NCBI GenBank assembly: GCA_021815205.1
Contig: JAKAHD010000003.1
Coordinates: forward strand, 27,239 to 91,238
Origin: a bacterium
GTDB taxonomy: Bacteria; Patescibacteriota; Minisyncoccia; UBA6257; GWB1-50-10
DNA length: 64,000 nt
Direction: 5' to 3'
Shown: piece after piece, positions 1 to 9,579 of the stretch
Position numbering within the stretch: position 1 is the first letter of the stretch
Layout: each line of letters opens with the position of its first letter
Made by a program: the position numbers and the translations under genes
The notes under the pieces: model-generated
Database searches by the model: none
What the model was told of the DNA's origin: nothing
The model's input: only the letters and a program-made list of their open reading frames with translations

Positions 1-619
1 TCTCCTCATTATCCCGGAGCGTTGTTGGGGAAAAGAGAAACTTCAAACACTTGGAGGATTTCTTGAAGTAAGGACCGCGCTCGCGATCCTTGAAGATATT
101 CTAAGGGAATATCGGAAGGATGGGACGATTATTCTCGGTGTCCATGTCGGCTACGCTGCGGGACAAAATACCGGGCATCTTCACTGGCATATTATCGAAT
201 TGCCACAGAAAAATCCGGATGACGTTACCGAAAAGAAAATACGAAAGTGCGCGAAAAATCCTTCTCTTCTCATACTCGATGACCGTGCAATCTCAGTAGT
301 CGCCGGAGGACAAAGGGGCGGCCAGTGTTTCTTTGTTCCAAAAGGAACCGAAAACACACTCCATGGTCTCGCGCTGAATCTTGTCGAGATTATACATATG
401 TACAACGATAAGTTCATGAGCACCGAGGGGCTCCCGCCGGAATACATGGTAGGGTTGAAATTCAGGAAAAGGGGGTTCATGTACGGGTTCTATATCCCTA
501 TCCTGAATCACCTCGGCTTTCCCGAATATTTTTCGCTCCTCGGCGAAGAACCAAGGTCAATCACTCTCCCGTGGCCGCACGAGAAAACGGTGGCCCATCT
601 AAAAGGGGCAGGGAGATAG
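1..619 (+). CDS. HIT-superfamily (histidine triad) protein, 5' end outside window
   Basis: Reading frame open from window edge; HLHWHII matches the H-phi-H-phi-H-phi-phi HIT motif; stop at 617-619; followed by hairpin plus T-run. Confidence 0.5.
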   Translation, partial: LLIIPERCWGKEKLQTLGGFLEVRTALAILEDILREYRKDGTIILGVHVGYAAGQNTGHLHWHIIELPQKNPDDVTEKKIRKCAKNPSLLILDDRAISVVAGGQRGGQCFFVPKGTENTLHGLALNLVEIIHMYNDKFMSTEGLPPEYMVGLKFRKRGFMYGFYIPILNHLGFPEYFSLLGEEPRSITLPWPHEKTVAHLKGAGR

Positions 620-626
620 AGATTTA

Positions 627-658
627 AAAGAATCGAATAACAATTCGATTCTTTTTAT
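627..658 (+). terminator. Rho-independent terminator (aagaatcgaat/attcgattctt stem then TTTTTATT)
   Basis: Perfect 11-bp stem, 4-nt loop, T-run directly after stop of upstream CDS. Confidence 0.6.
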
Positions 659-906
659 TATTCCTCTTCACTCGAATATCTCCGTCGCGTGCGATGAGGA
701 TGAATCCCGTGAGAAGCTCACATGGGGGTAGGAAACCCCGCGTTCGCCACGGGATGAGGCATTCACCCCCCACGAAATGAGTGTGGGGGTTCATCCACGT
801 GGCACGCCACGGGGTTTCCTGCTTCTCACGGGATGAAGGGCGAAGGAGCACCCTTCCGTAGTCTGCTCGAGGCGGACGAAGGAGGGGGAGGAAAAGAGCA
901 AGGGAG

Positions 907-948
907 CAGACACGGGGTGCTATGCTATAGCATAGCACCCCGTGTCTG
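907..948. repeat. 42-bp perfect palindrome (cagacacggggtgctatgctatagcatagcaccccgtgtctg)
   Basis: Read directly; sequence equals its own reverse complement; sits in 575-bp non-coding convergent intergenic region full of dyad symmetry. Confidence 0.9.
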
Positions 949-1081
949 TAGGAGTGGGGGTTATGTCCATGGGGGGAGGAGAATCTCGTGAACGTAAAGA
1001 TCCTTCTTCCGCCAAACAGCGATCTCAGGATGACGCGTAGCAAACGGGATTGGGATGACCACGAAAGAGATTGTGTTGGCA

Positions 1082-1107
1082 AGCGGGGTCTGGGTGCTAT
1101 GCTATAG
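1082..1107. repeat. Second copy of the GTGCTATGCTATAGCATAGCAC palindrome core (26 bp)
   Basis: Identical 26-bp palindromic core 176 bp from first copy, flanks diverge. Confidence 0.85.
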
Positions 1108-1230
1108 CATAGCACCCCTCCGTGGAGAGATACTTCTCTCCCTACGGGAGATCAGAAAGACGGAAAAAAGTTTAGAGCAGAGTAAAAATGACGGAAAATA
1201 CAAACAGATTCAGGATGACGGGAACGACCG

Positions 1231-1764
1231 TCAACCGATAATTTCCTCAATTTCCGCAAGCGTAGCGCACACGAAGTCGGGGGTGCATTTTTTCAATTCC
1301 TCAATGTTGTATTTATTTTTCAAGAACACGGTCTTCGCACCGATCGCCTCCCCCGCCTTCATATCCTTATCGCTGTCGCCTATGAAAAACGACTGCGCGG
1401 GATCGATGTCGAACTCCTTGATTGCGCGGAGCATGAGCCCCGGCTTCGGTTTCCTGCATTCGCACCCGTCCCCTTCTTTGTGCGGGCAATAATATACTTC
1501 ATCAAGCGTCCCGCGGAGCAGTTCGCGCATCTTCCTGTGAATTTCATGGAGGGTTTCGAGTCGCATCAGCCCCTTTGCAATCTGCGCCTGGTTCGTGATC
1601 ACAAAAAGCTTGTACCCCCTCTTTTTCGCGGATTCGAGCAATTCGAGAATCCCGCTCATCACCTTGAACTCGTCCCAGCGCACGAGATACTCACCGCGCG
1701 GCAATGCCTCGCAGATTATTCCATCGCGGTCGAGAAATAATGCTTTATGTGTCGCTGCGCTCAT
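1231..1764 (-). CDS. gmhB: D-glycero-D-manno-heptose 1,7-bisphosphate phosphatase (HAD family)
   Basis: FLDRDG motif at N-terminus, HAD IIIA architecture, CxHx...CxC zinc motif region; in heptose cluster. Confidence 0.75.
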   Translation of the reverse strand: MSAATHKALFLDRDGIICEALPRGEYLVRWDEFKVMSGILELLESAKKRGYKLFVITNQAQIAKGLMRLETLHEIHRKMRELLRGTLDEVYYCPHKEGDGCECRKPKPGLMLRAIKEFDIDPAQSFFIGDSDKDMKAGEAIGAKTVFLKNKYNIEELKKCTPDFVCATLAEIEEIIG

Positions 1765-1943
1765 GCTACGAAATACGAATTAAGTGCGAATATACGAATA
1801 ATGTCTTCTTCTGCCATCCTGAGCGGAGGAATAATCCTTTCAGTTCAGTATCAGTACACATCGGCCTCATCGGTATCAATCAGCGTCTTAGAGATCCTTC
1901 TCCGCCTACGGCGGATTCAGGATGACAACCTTCTAATACGGGC

Positions 1944-2705
1944 TCACTCATAGAACGGGCTTTCCTTTAATTTTGTGAGATACCACTGCTTTGCAAACTC
2001 GTACTTCTCGGGTGTGCCGATATCCAAAATGTTCTCATTGGCGGGGTAGCCGAAAATCCGCTCGCCTTGCGCGACGAGTTTGTTTAAGACGTGAATATCG
2101 AGCCGCAAGGGCGTGTGCGCGGGAATGAAATCCAGGATTCTCTTCGAGAGCGCGTAGAGCCCGCTGTTCACGTACGTATGCTCGTGAAACTCGTGAATGT
2201 CGTGCGGGCGCACGTGCCACTCGAGAATCCGCTTCGTTTCGGGATCGATCTTCGCGATCTCTCCCGCCTGCGGGTTGTCGGAGCGCTTCAAGACGACTGT
2301 CGCAAGCGCGCGGTTTTTCTCATGCGCCTCGACCAGCTTCCGGAAATCGAAAAAGTAGAGCTCGTCGCCGTAAATGAAGATGAAGTTTTTGCTCAAGGAG
2401 TTCGCCGCTTTCTTGATCGCCCCTGCCGTCTCCATAAGTCCCTTTGATTCGTCGCTGTATTCGATTGAAACGCCGAAACGGCTGCCATCCCCGAAATATT
2501 CGGTAATTTTTTCGGGAAGGTAGTGGACGTTAATAATGAAATTCGTGAAACCTTGTCGTTTCAGGAAGAGGATTTCATGCAAAAGAAGCGGCTTATCCTT
2601 GTAAATCGGCACCATCACTTTCGGGACGGTGTTTGTGAGCGGCCGGAGCCGCGTCCCAAGCCCCGCCCCGAGGATAAGAACTTTGTAGTTAGAGTAATCC
2701 GTCAT
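1944..2705 (-). CDS. Sugar-phosphate nucleotidyltransferase, likely D-glycero-D-manno-heptose 1-phosphate guanylyltransferase (HddC-like)
   Basis: VLILGAGLGTRLRPLT nucleotidyltransferase signature; ATG at 2705 with purine-rich upstream preferred over TTG at 2732; next to gmhA/hddA. Confidence 0.7.
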   Translation of the reverse strand: MTDYSNYKVLILGAGLGTRLRPLTNTVPKVMVPIYKDKPLLLHEILFLKRQGFTNFIINVHYLPEKITEYFGDGSRFGVSIEYSDESKGLMETAGAIKKAANSLSKNFIFIYGDELYFFDFRKLVEAHEKNRALATVVLKRSDNPQAGEIAKIDPETKRILEWHVRPHDIHEFHEHTYVNSGLYALSKRILDFIPAHTPLRLDIHVLNKLVAQGERIFGYPANENILDIGTPEKYEFAKQWYLTKLKESPFYE

Positions 2706-2758
2706 AAATAACTCTCTTCTAAAACCGCGCAATGAAATTCCGGTCTTTCAAACACAAG

Positions 2759-2834
2759 AAGCTGGGTAAGGTAAAAAGTGGGTAAGACTGGGGCTAGCGC
2801 CCCGGAGCGCACACTTTCTTACCTTACCCAGCTT
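2759..2834. repeat. Hairpin element with conserved 31-nt loop (copy 1 of 2)
   Basis: 16-bp perfect inverted arms aagctgggtaaggtaa/ttaccttacccagctt around core AAAGTGGGTAAGACTGGGGCTAGCGCCCCGGAGCGCACACTTT; same core at 50376-50460 with unrelated arms. Confidence 0.8.
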
Positions 2835-2850
2835 CATAATCCAGGGAAAA

Positions 2851-3459
2851 TTAATCCGCGCGGCCCCTCCTCTCCATCACGTGATTGAAGTAGTCCTTAA
2901 AATACTCCGTCATGAGGTGCAGGATCACGCCGTGCACACCCTCAACGATCCCGTACCTTCCCTTCTCGGTCGGCACGAAGATCTTCACATCCGCAAGCTC
3001 GTTTAATTTTCCCCCATCGAACCCCGAGACGCCGATCACGGGCACCTCGCACGACTTCGCATATTCCACGGCCTTCAAAATATTTACCGAGTTCCCGGAA
3101 CTCGAAATCGCGATGATCGCGTCTCCCTCCCGCATATAGTTCTGAAGCGGCCCCAGAAACACCATATCAAACCCCTCGTCGTTCGCCCACGCCGTGAGCT
3201 CGGACTCGGTCGTCGGGAGCCGGATCGCCTGGAAGCGTTTCACCTGCTTTCCGAGATGATGGCTGAAGACCGTTTTATTGAAATCGCTCACCCAATGAGT
3301 CGCCATCGCGAGCGATCCTCCGTTTCCGAACACATAAATCCGACCGTCACGCTCATAGACGGCCTGCAATACATTAAAGGCCTTCGCAATCTCCTTGATC
3401 GGAAGATTGTGTATTGATTCATCCGTTCGCGCGAGAAATTGTTTGATATATTCTTCCAT
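2851..3459 (-). CDS. gmhA: Sedoheptulose 7-phosphate isomerase (SIS domain)
   Basis: SIS-domain phosphoheptose isomerase, YVFGNGGSLAMATHWVSDF matches GmhA core. Confidence 0.8.
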   Translation of the reverse strand: MEEYIKQFLARTDESIHNLPIKEIAKAFNVLQAVYERDGRIYVFGNGGSLAMATHWVSDFNKTVFSHHLGKQVKRFQAIRLPTTESELTAWANDEGFDMVFLGPLQNYMREGDAIIAISSSGNSVNILKAVEYAKSCEVPVIGVSGFDGGKLNELADVKIFVPTEKGRYGIVEGVHGVILHLMTEYFKDYFNHVMERRGRAD

Positions 3460-3463
3460 AATT

Positions 3464-4483
3464 TTAGAATCCGTTTTGATAATGATTGTTCAAAAGGATA
3501 TCGGTTCCCGTATGAGTAAAGTGGATGGGAAGCTCTCTCCCCTCGGGGAGTTCATGCTCCTTAAAGAACGTCTGCATCCTTTCGCGGATCTTTCCCTGCG
3601 CGGGGGGCGGCGCGATAAACATCACGCATCCGCCGCCGCCCGCCCCAAGAATTTTTCCTCCCCACGCGCCGGCGCCGAGTCCCGCGTTATAGATTTCGTC
3701 CACAAGCATATTCGGCGCGCTCGACGACAAGCTCTTTTTCCGCGCCCATCCTTCGTGGAGCATCTTTGCTATCCCCTTTATGTCTCCCGCGAGGAGCCGC
3801 TCGTTGAACTCGAAGACAGAATCCGCCATCTGTATATAGGTTTCAAAATTTTTATCAATCTTCGATTTTTGATCCGAAAGCACGCTCGATGCGGGGCGCG
3901 TGATGCCCGTATAGAAAAGAAGGATGTGATCCTCAAACTCGAGCTTCTTCTTGTAATCGAGAAGGATTGATTCCACATCGACGGAATCGTCGGGATTGAA
4001 CTGAAAGATATTGAACCCGCCGAACGAGGCCGCGTACTGATCCTGCTTCCCGATCGGCTCGCCCAAGAGCTCAATCTCGAGACGGGACGCCGCCTCCGCC
4101 GCCTCTTCCCTGCTTAATGTCTTTCCAAGATACGCATTGAGGCCTTTCATGAGCGCCACGGCGAAACTCGAGGAAGAGCCGAGGCCCGTTTTCGCCGGAA
4201 GATCGGCAAACGATCCGATCTCGATGCCGCTCTTCGTGATGTCGAGATCAAGGAGCGCCGCCCTCACGCGGGTATGCTGAATGTCCTTCGGATGGTCCAC
4301 AAGCTCCGTTTTTTGGTACTTCACCATGAACTTATCAACCAAAGGCGTGGGATTCACGAGTACATAAATATACTTGTCAATCGTCGCCGAAAGCACCCGC
4401 CCCGGGGAACGATGATAGAAATCGGGGAGATCGGTTCCTCCTCCCACAAAGCTCATGCGTAACGGCGCGCGAATCATTATCAT
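3464..4483 (-). CDS. hddA: D-glycero-D-manno-heptose 7-phosphate kinase (GHMP kinase)
   Basis: IRAPLRMSFVGGGTD N-terminal GHMP motif typical of HddA; stop 4 nt from gmhA start. Confidence 0.75.
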   Translation of the reverse strand: MIMIRAPLRMSFVGGGTDLPDFYHRSPGRVLSATIDKYIYVLVNPTPLVDKFMVKYQKTELVDHPKDIQHTRVRAALLDLDITKSGIEIGSFADLPAKTGLGSSSSFAVALMKGLNAYLGKTLSREEAAEAASRLEIELLGEPIGKQDQYAASFGGFNIFQFNPDDSVDVESILLDYKKKLEFEDHILLFYTGITRPASSVLSDQKSKIDKNFETYIQMADSVFEFNERLLAGDIKGIAKMLHEGWARKKSLSSSAPNMLVDEIYNAGLGAGAWGGKILGAGGGGCVMFIAPPPAQGKIRERMQTFFKEHELPEGRELPIHFTHTGTDILLNNHYQNGF

Positions 4484-4683
4484 AATATAACTCTATGTGA
4501 AACGAGCAGTAAGGTCAATTGATATGAGAAATTTGCCCCTACAAAGCAGAGGAATTTAAACGCTGATTTATACTGATAAGGCTGATGTGTGCCGATAACG
4601 AAGATACTTCTCCGCCGAAGGCATATCAGCATGAATCAGCTATACTCCCAAACCTAATCATGGGTGGGAGGTAAATCGGCGCC

Positions 4684-5511
4684 TTAGAAGACCTTCCGTT
4701 TCAAGTGAGAGAGCGATGAATGCAATCCTCTACGGATAAAGAGCGGCAAGAACGAATACCAGTATGCGCCGAGATTCAAAAGATATGCAAAAATAAAATT
4801 CGGATATTCCCGTTTATGCCGCTTCAAAAACTCGAGAATCATCTTCCCTTGTGCGCGCTGATAGGTGAATGACTTATTCTGCCCCGCGAGCATATAGACC
4901 GCGAGGTATTCGGGAATATTATAGAGCTTTCCCTTCGTGCCCATCTTGAGCCATAAGTCCCAGTCCTCCGCAAAACGCCACGGCCCGTACCCGCCGACTT
5001 CGAGCGCGATATTCTTCCGGAACATCACCGTCGTGTGGGAAAAAGGATTTGCAAAAAGCGCGTGCCGTCTGATTTCGCCGTCATGTTCGCGCTTCAGATA
5101 CCTGAAAAGTTCCATTCCTTCCCCATTTATCACGATCACGCCACTTCCCACTACCATGAATGCGGGACGCGCATCAAGAAACTCAACTTGTTTTTTAAGC
5201 TTGTCTTTGCTGCACCAATAATCATCATCATCAAGCCGCGCGATATACTCTCCTTGAGCAAACTCCAGTCCTTTGTTCAATGTTTTCGAGATGTCGGGGT
5301 ACAAGTTTTCCGCGTTCGTGATGACCCGGATGCGCGCGTCCTTTTCCTGCCACTCTTTTAATATCTTTGGCGTCTCATCGGTCGAAGCATCGTCCACAAT
5401 AATAAGCTCCCAATCTTGAAATGACTGATCAAGCACGCTCTGAATCGCGCGCCCCAGAAGCTTCGCGCGATTGCAGGTCGGCATGAGAACGCTCACCTTT
5501 ACGTTCGTCAT
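4684..5511 (-). CDS. Family 2 glycosyltransferase
   Basis: VSVLMPTCNRAKLL...DQSFQDWELIIVDDASTD GT2 N-terminal signature; start chosen at MTNVKV (ATGA overlap with upstream gene). Confidence 0.75.
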   Translation of the reverse strand: MTNVKVSVLMPTCNRAKLLGRAIQSVLDQSFQDWELIIVDDASTDETPKILKEWQEKDARIRVITNAENLYPDISKTLNKGLEFAQGEYIARLDDDDYWCSKDKLKKQVEFLDARPAFMVVGSGVIVINGEGMELFRYLKREHDGEIRRHALFANPFSHTTVMFRKNIALEVGGYGPWRFAEDWDLWLKMGTKGKLYNIPEYLAVYMLAGQNKSFTYQRAQGKMILEFLKRHKREYPNFIFAYLLNLGAYWYSFLPLFIRRGLHSSLSHLKRKVF

Positions 5512-6479
5512 ACGTTTTTGAAAACAAGAAGATGTTTCAGACGATAATACCACCGTAAGAGCGCGGGGAAAAAAGAAGCGGGAATGATAAGAATAATAAG
5601 ATCGAGGATAAAGAAAAACGGCGCGCTCGGCGGATAGGCGCGGAAGGCGCGCCGCGCGAGAAGACGCGCATTTTCCTTGTCTCCGTTTGCAAGATACGCC
5701 GCCGAGGTTTTAAACCCATACACCGAGCGATAATAATCGAGTTTGGACGCACGCCGCGCGCGTTTTTCCATCTTCTCCGCGAGGCGATCAAGGATCTGAA
5801 GATTGGTAAGCTTCACCGCGGGCTGACTCTTCGCATCTTGAAGATTCCCGCTCTTCCGCATACGCAACTTCCCAAGTATCTCGGGGAGAAAACAGATCAC
5901 TCCTCCGGCAGACGCGACCCTGATCCAAAACTCCAGATCCTCGGAGCGGCGCATCGTCTCGTCGAAATATCCGAAACGATCAAACGCGCTTCTCCGTAAC
6001 ACAACCGCAAGCGGCGCAATAAAGTTTCCTTGTATAAGGTGAGGCAATACCTTATCTCCTGAATAATATTTATACTGCAGTTTCAGAAGATGATTCGGTT
6101 CGTCCTCGTAAAAATGATAGAGATCGCAGTACGAGATATCGCATTCGGGATGCGACTCAAGATGTTCAATCTGTTTTTCCATCTTTTCTGGGAGAAAGAA
6201 ATCGTCCGCATCGAGAAGCGCGATGTAGCTTCCCTTCGCTTCTCTGATAGCCGTATTTCTCGCTCCGGAAAGACCTTTATTCGCTTGGATTATGTATTTG
6301 ACTTTCCCGGATTGAATATACGGCGCAAGCACCTCTTTCGTATTGTCCGTCGATCCGTCGTCGATCACGATAACCTCCTTGTTGCCATAGGTCTGCGCAA
6401 GTGCGGATTCGACGGCGTCCGCCACATAGCGGGCGGCGTTGTAGGATGGTATGATTATCGAAACGAGAGGTTGTTCCAT
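5508..6479 (-). CDS. Family 2 glycosyltransferase
   Basis: VSIIIPSYNAARYV...VIVIDDGSTDNT, DAD motif LLDADD. Confidence 0.8.
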   Translation of the reverse strand: MEQPLVSIIIPSYNAARYVADAVESALAQTYGNKEVIVIDDGSTDNTKEVLAPYIQSGKVKYIIQANKGLSGARNTAIREAKGSYIALLDADDFFLPEKMEKQIEHLESHPECDISYCDLYHFYEDEPNHLLKLQYKYYSGDKVLPHLIQGNFIAPLAVVLRRSAFDRFGYFDETMRRSEDLEFWIRVASAGGVICFLPEILGKLRMRKSGNLQDAKSQPAVKLTNLQILDRLAEKMEKRARRASKLDYYRSVYGFKTSAAYLANGDKENARLLARRAFRAYPPSAPFFFILDLIILIIPASFFPALLRWYYRLKHLLVFKNV

Positions 6480-6517
6480 TGCGAATACAAGGTTGATAGT
6501 ACCACATCATTTCTCAC

Positions 6518-7822
6518 ATGCAACGCGCCGCAAAATTGTTCGTGCTCTTAGGAATCGGGAGTTTATTTTTTAGACGAGGGATTATAAAACCCTACACGCT
6601 CCAACCCTTTGAATTCTTTATCCTCCTTGCGGGCATCACGCTCGCACTCTTTTTTATTTTTCATAAAGAAAAGTGGGAAGAACTCAAGGCGCTCTCCGGC
6701 TGGTTCCTGTTTTTTCTCGCGATGGCGCTCTTCGCCGCAGCGGGAACGATAAACGGTTACCGCCTTTACGGTCTGGACGAGACGATACAGAAAGCAATCT
6801 TGATTGATTTCTTCTATATCGCAATAGGCGCCCTTGCATTCTTCCTTGTGTTTTACTTTTCGAGAGAAGCGCGTTTCAGAAAACACGCGGTGCTCACATT
6901 CCTCTCTCCGATAATTTTCACTCCGTTCTTGCTCTCTCGCTATCTTGCGGACAAGCTGGGATTCACCGAGGGGAGAACCCACTTCTGGGGTCTCACGACA
7001 AATCCGTCAGAGTTCGCTCTTCTATCGCTCTTTTCTTTAAGTATACTCGTTTTCCTTATACTAAAAGAAAAGAGAACTCTTATAAGAGTGTTCTTGTGGA
7101 TACTCATCGTTTTCTTAGTCGCGCTTATACTTTGGTCGGGATCAAGGACAGCGTGGGCCTCAATAGTTGCAGTGGCATTATTTGTAGGACTCTTTATCTT
7201 CTCAAAACATTATCCCAAAAACTGGAAGTCCGGTATCGGAAGAATTTTTCTGTATATCTTAGTTTCCATACTTACCGTAACCGCTTCATTTTTTATACTC
7301 CCCCATCGGGAGAAAATTATGGTGCTCGACAGGGTTTTTCCTCAAATAACAAACTACGATCCGACATTTTTCCGATTAGACGAGTTGGCGCTGGGAGATG
7401 CCATGTATAGCGTGATAAAAAGTGACGCGATTCAATTCCCCTACCAAAATAGGCAACGCATATGGCCTCAAGCGTTACATCTCGCTTTGAGCCACCCACT
7501 CTTAGGGCTAGGAGTTACTTACGACATATCGTCAAATAAAATAAGAGATGGGGCAGAGGTTGTAGGAGCCCATAATACTTTTCTGGAGGCCTTGCTTACG
7601 GGAGGTGTCGGACTTTTCTTGCTCCTTCTCTTGTTCTACGCAAAAGTATTGCGCCAATTAGAGACTTTAGAAAGGGATTATCAATTCGTTGGGCTCGTTT
7701 CGATGGTAACGAGTATTTTTTTATTTTCTCTTTTTGGAGATTATCTTTTCGCGCTCCCCTGGATGTGGGTCCCTTTTGCGCTCCTCTTTGGGAAGGGCGG
7801 CACAGAGCCCTCAAAGCTCTAG
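6518..7822 (+). CDS. O-antigen ligase/polymerase family membrane protein (Wzy_C-like)
   Basis: About 10 predicted TM helices, GSRTAWASIV motif typical of O-antigen ligase family. Confidence 0.65.
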   Translation: MQRAAKLFVLLGIGSLFFRRGIIKPYTLQPFEFFILLAGITLALFFIFHKEKWEELKALSGWFLFFLAMALFAAAGTINGYRLYGLDETIQKAILIDFFYIAIGALAFFLVFYFSREARFRKHAVLTFLSPIIFTPFLLSRYLADKLGFTEGRTHFWGLTTNPSEFALLSLFSLSILVFLILKEKRTLIRVFLWILIVFLVALILWSGSRTAWASIVAVALFVGLFIFSKHYPKNWKSGIGRIFLYILVSILTVTASFFILPHREKIMVLDRVFPQITNYDPTFFRLDELALGDAMYSVIKSDAIQFPYQNRQRIWPQALHLALSHPLLGLGVTYDISSNKIRDGAEVVGAHNTFLEALLTGGVGLFLLLLLFYAKVLRQLETLERDYQFVGLVSMVTSIFLFSLFGDYLFALPWMWVPFALLFGKGGTEPSKL

Positions 7823-8848
7823 TATTTTAAAGATGTCAGAAAATCTTCTCTCATAAGTGTGGTCGCGTAAAGTTCGTTCGTAACCACGGAGGGTTATGTT
7901 TTCTCTTTCTTCGTTATGCTGAAGGTAGTATTGAATCTTCACGATAAGATCTTCAAGGTCCTCGTAGATCACACACTCTTCTCCCGGTTTATAATATTCC
8001 GCGAGAGTATCCGCAATCTGCGTAAAAAGCAACGATCTGCACGCGGGAATTTCGAATATCCTCGCCTTAATCTGGGGAATGCTCTTTTGCCGCCACTCGC
8101 GCACATTATCAAAAAAATTCCAAAAATCGGGGACGATCCACCTCCCGGACCTCTTAAAGAAAAATCGTATTAATGGTTTTATTCCTATATATGCGGATGA
8201 TGGGTTGAGACCCAAACTTATTTTGCTTCTTCCGATGATTTCAACGAGTTCCTTTTGTTGTATGCGCCCATTTTTCCATCCGTTTCCATACACTTCGATG
8301 CGTATTCCGTGCTCTAATAACACCCGAATAACCCTCCCCCTTTCTTTATTCCAACTCCCCACAAAGCTTACGTCAATATCTTTGCTCTTCAAGGATGGCT
8401 TATAGGTACTCGTATTCGCGGCCCACTGCGAATGAATGACGTTCTGTATGCCGATTTCTTTATACTTCTCAACCGCCTTCGAATATGTTGTTACGACCCA
8501 TGAAAAGTGCGGGGCGTAGTATTTCGAATAGTTATCGAACCGCCAGTGATCGTCCGGAAACCACGCGACGCTCTTCGTAATGTTTTTTATCGCATCCAGC
8601 GTTTTTGTATCAAGCTCGTCGGTATACATAAAGGCAAAGAAGAGATCGGGCTTTTCATGGCGCACTGCCTCAAGGAGCTCCTGATTCATCTTTTCCTTCC
8701 CTACGTCGAGCATCCTTTCATACGGGAAGTAGAGCACCTCAGCTCCGGGGAAACGCGTGAGTGACTCATAAAAATTACTATGCTCAAAACTCAACCCTCG
8801 GGAGGGATTCATCTTATCGAATTGAAGAGCGGAATATACAATCTTCAT
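7811..8848 (-). CDS. CgeB-family (DUF3880-type) glycosyltransferase
   Basis: C-terminal ARIFEIPACRSLL...YYL-H-EER-I---G-ER-L-DHTYE-R pattern characteristic of CgeB-like GT1-fold proteins. Confidence 0.55.
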   Translation of the reverse strand: MKIVYSALQFDKMNPSRGLSFEHSNFYESLTRFPGAEVLYFPYERMLDVGKEKMNQELLEAVRHEKPDLFFAFMYTDELDTKTLDAIKNITKSVAWFPDDHWRFDNYSKYYAPHFSWVVTTYSKAVEKYKEIGIQNVIHSQWAANTSTYKPSLKSKDIDVSFVGSWNKERGRVIRVLLEHGIRIEVYGNGWKNGRIQQKELVEIIGRSKISLGLNPSSAYIGIKPLIRFFFKRSGRWIVPDFWNFFDNVREWRQKSIPQIKARIFEIPACRSLLFTQIADTLAEYYKPGEECVIYEDLEDLIVKIQYYLQHNEERENITLRGYERTLRDHTYERRFSDIFKILEL

Positions 8849-9558
8849 TGTTTCACTGCGCGCACAAAATACTCAAAACAAAGCAGTTCGCTTGACTTCT
8901 TATCGTGCGTACGCATCACACGGAGAAGAAAAAGCGCAGGCAGAACAAACATCCAAAGCGCTTTTGCGAGAGCGCTTCCTGAATATTGCTCGGCGATTGT
9001 CGGGAGTGTAATGAGCGCTTGGGATATCGAATCAAAATAGTCTCCGCTCGGAATAATCTGTGTTATGGTAAAACCAAGACGGCCAAGGTGCGTCTCATAG
9101 AAATACTTATTGAATCCCGTACAGAAGTGAAACGGAGAGAAATGAGTCATACTCACAAAGGGCGCGGAGAGAATAAGAACGCCTTTTTTCTTAAGGACCC
9201 TTGCAAATTCTTCAAGCGCTTTCACGGGATCAGGGACGTGCTCCAAAACCTCAGTACAAAGAACCGCGTCAAAAGAAGCATCGGGCACCGGTATCGCGGT
9301 TATATCGGATATGATATCAATCTTCGTTTGGTCCCATGCGCCGGTTTGTAACCCAACGCCATTTCCTTTCCCGTCATATCGCGCAAAATCTTGCGAGACA
9401 TACACTAAATGACTACACTCTTTCTTGAACGGACATTCACCCGCGCCGGCGTCGAGAATCCTTAATCCTCTGGGAAGTTTTCTCAATTCACTCGAGATCC
9501 ATGCAATCCTCGAATCTTCGTCCCTCGACGCAATTTTTAGTATTTTACCCTTGAGCAT
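8845..9558 (-). CDS. Class I SAM-dependent methyltransferase
   Basis: ILDAGAGEC motif I, VLCTEVLEHVPDP post-I region. Confidence 0.7.
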   Translation of the reverse strand: MLKGKILKIASRDEDSRIAWISSELRKLPRGLRILDAGAGECPFKKECSHLVYVSQDFARYDGKGNGVGLQTGAWDQTKIDIISDITAIPVPDASFDAVLCTEVLEHVPDPVKALEEFARVLKKKGVLILSAPFVSMTHFSPFHFCTGFNKYFYETHLGRLGFTITQIIPSGDYFDSISQALITLPTIAEQYSGSALAKALWMFVLPALFLLRVMRTHDKKSSELLCFEYFVRAVKQ

Positions 9559-9579
9559 ATTGGAAGGCGTTCCCCTGGG

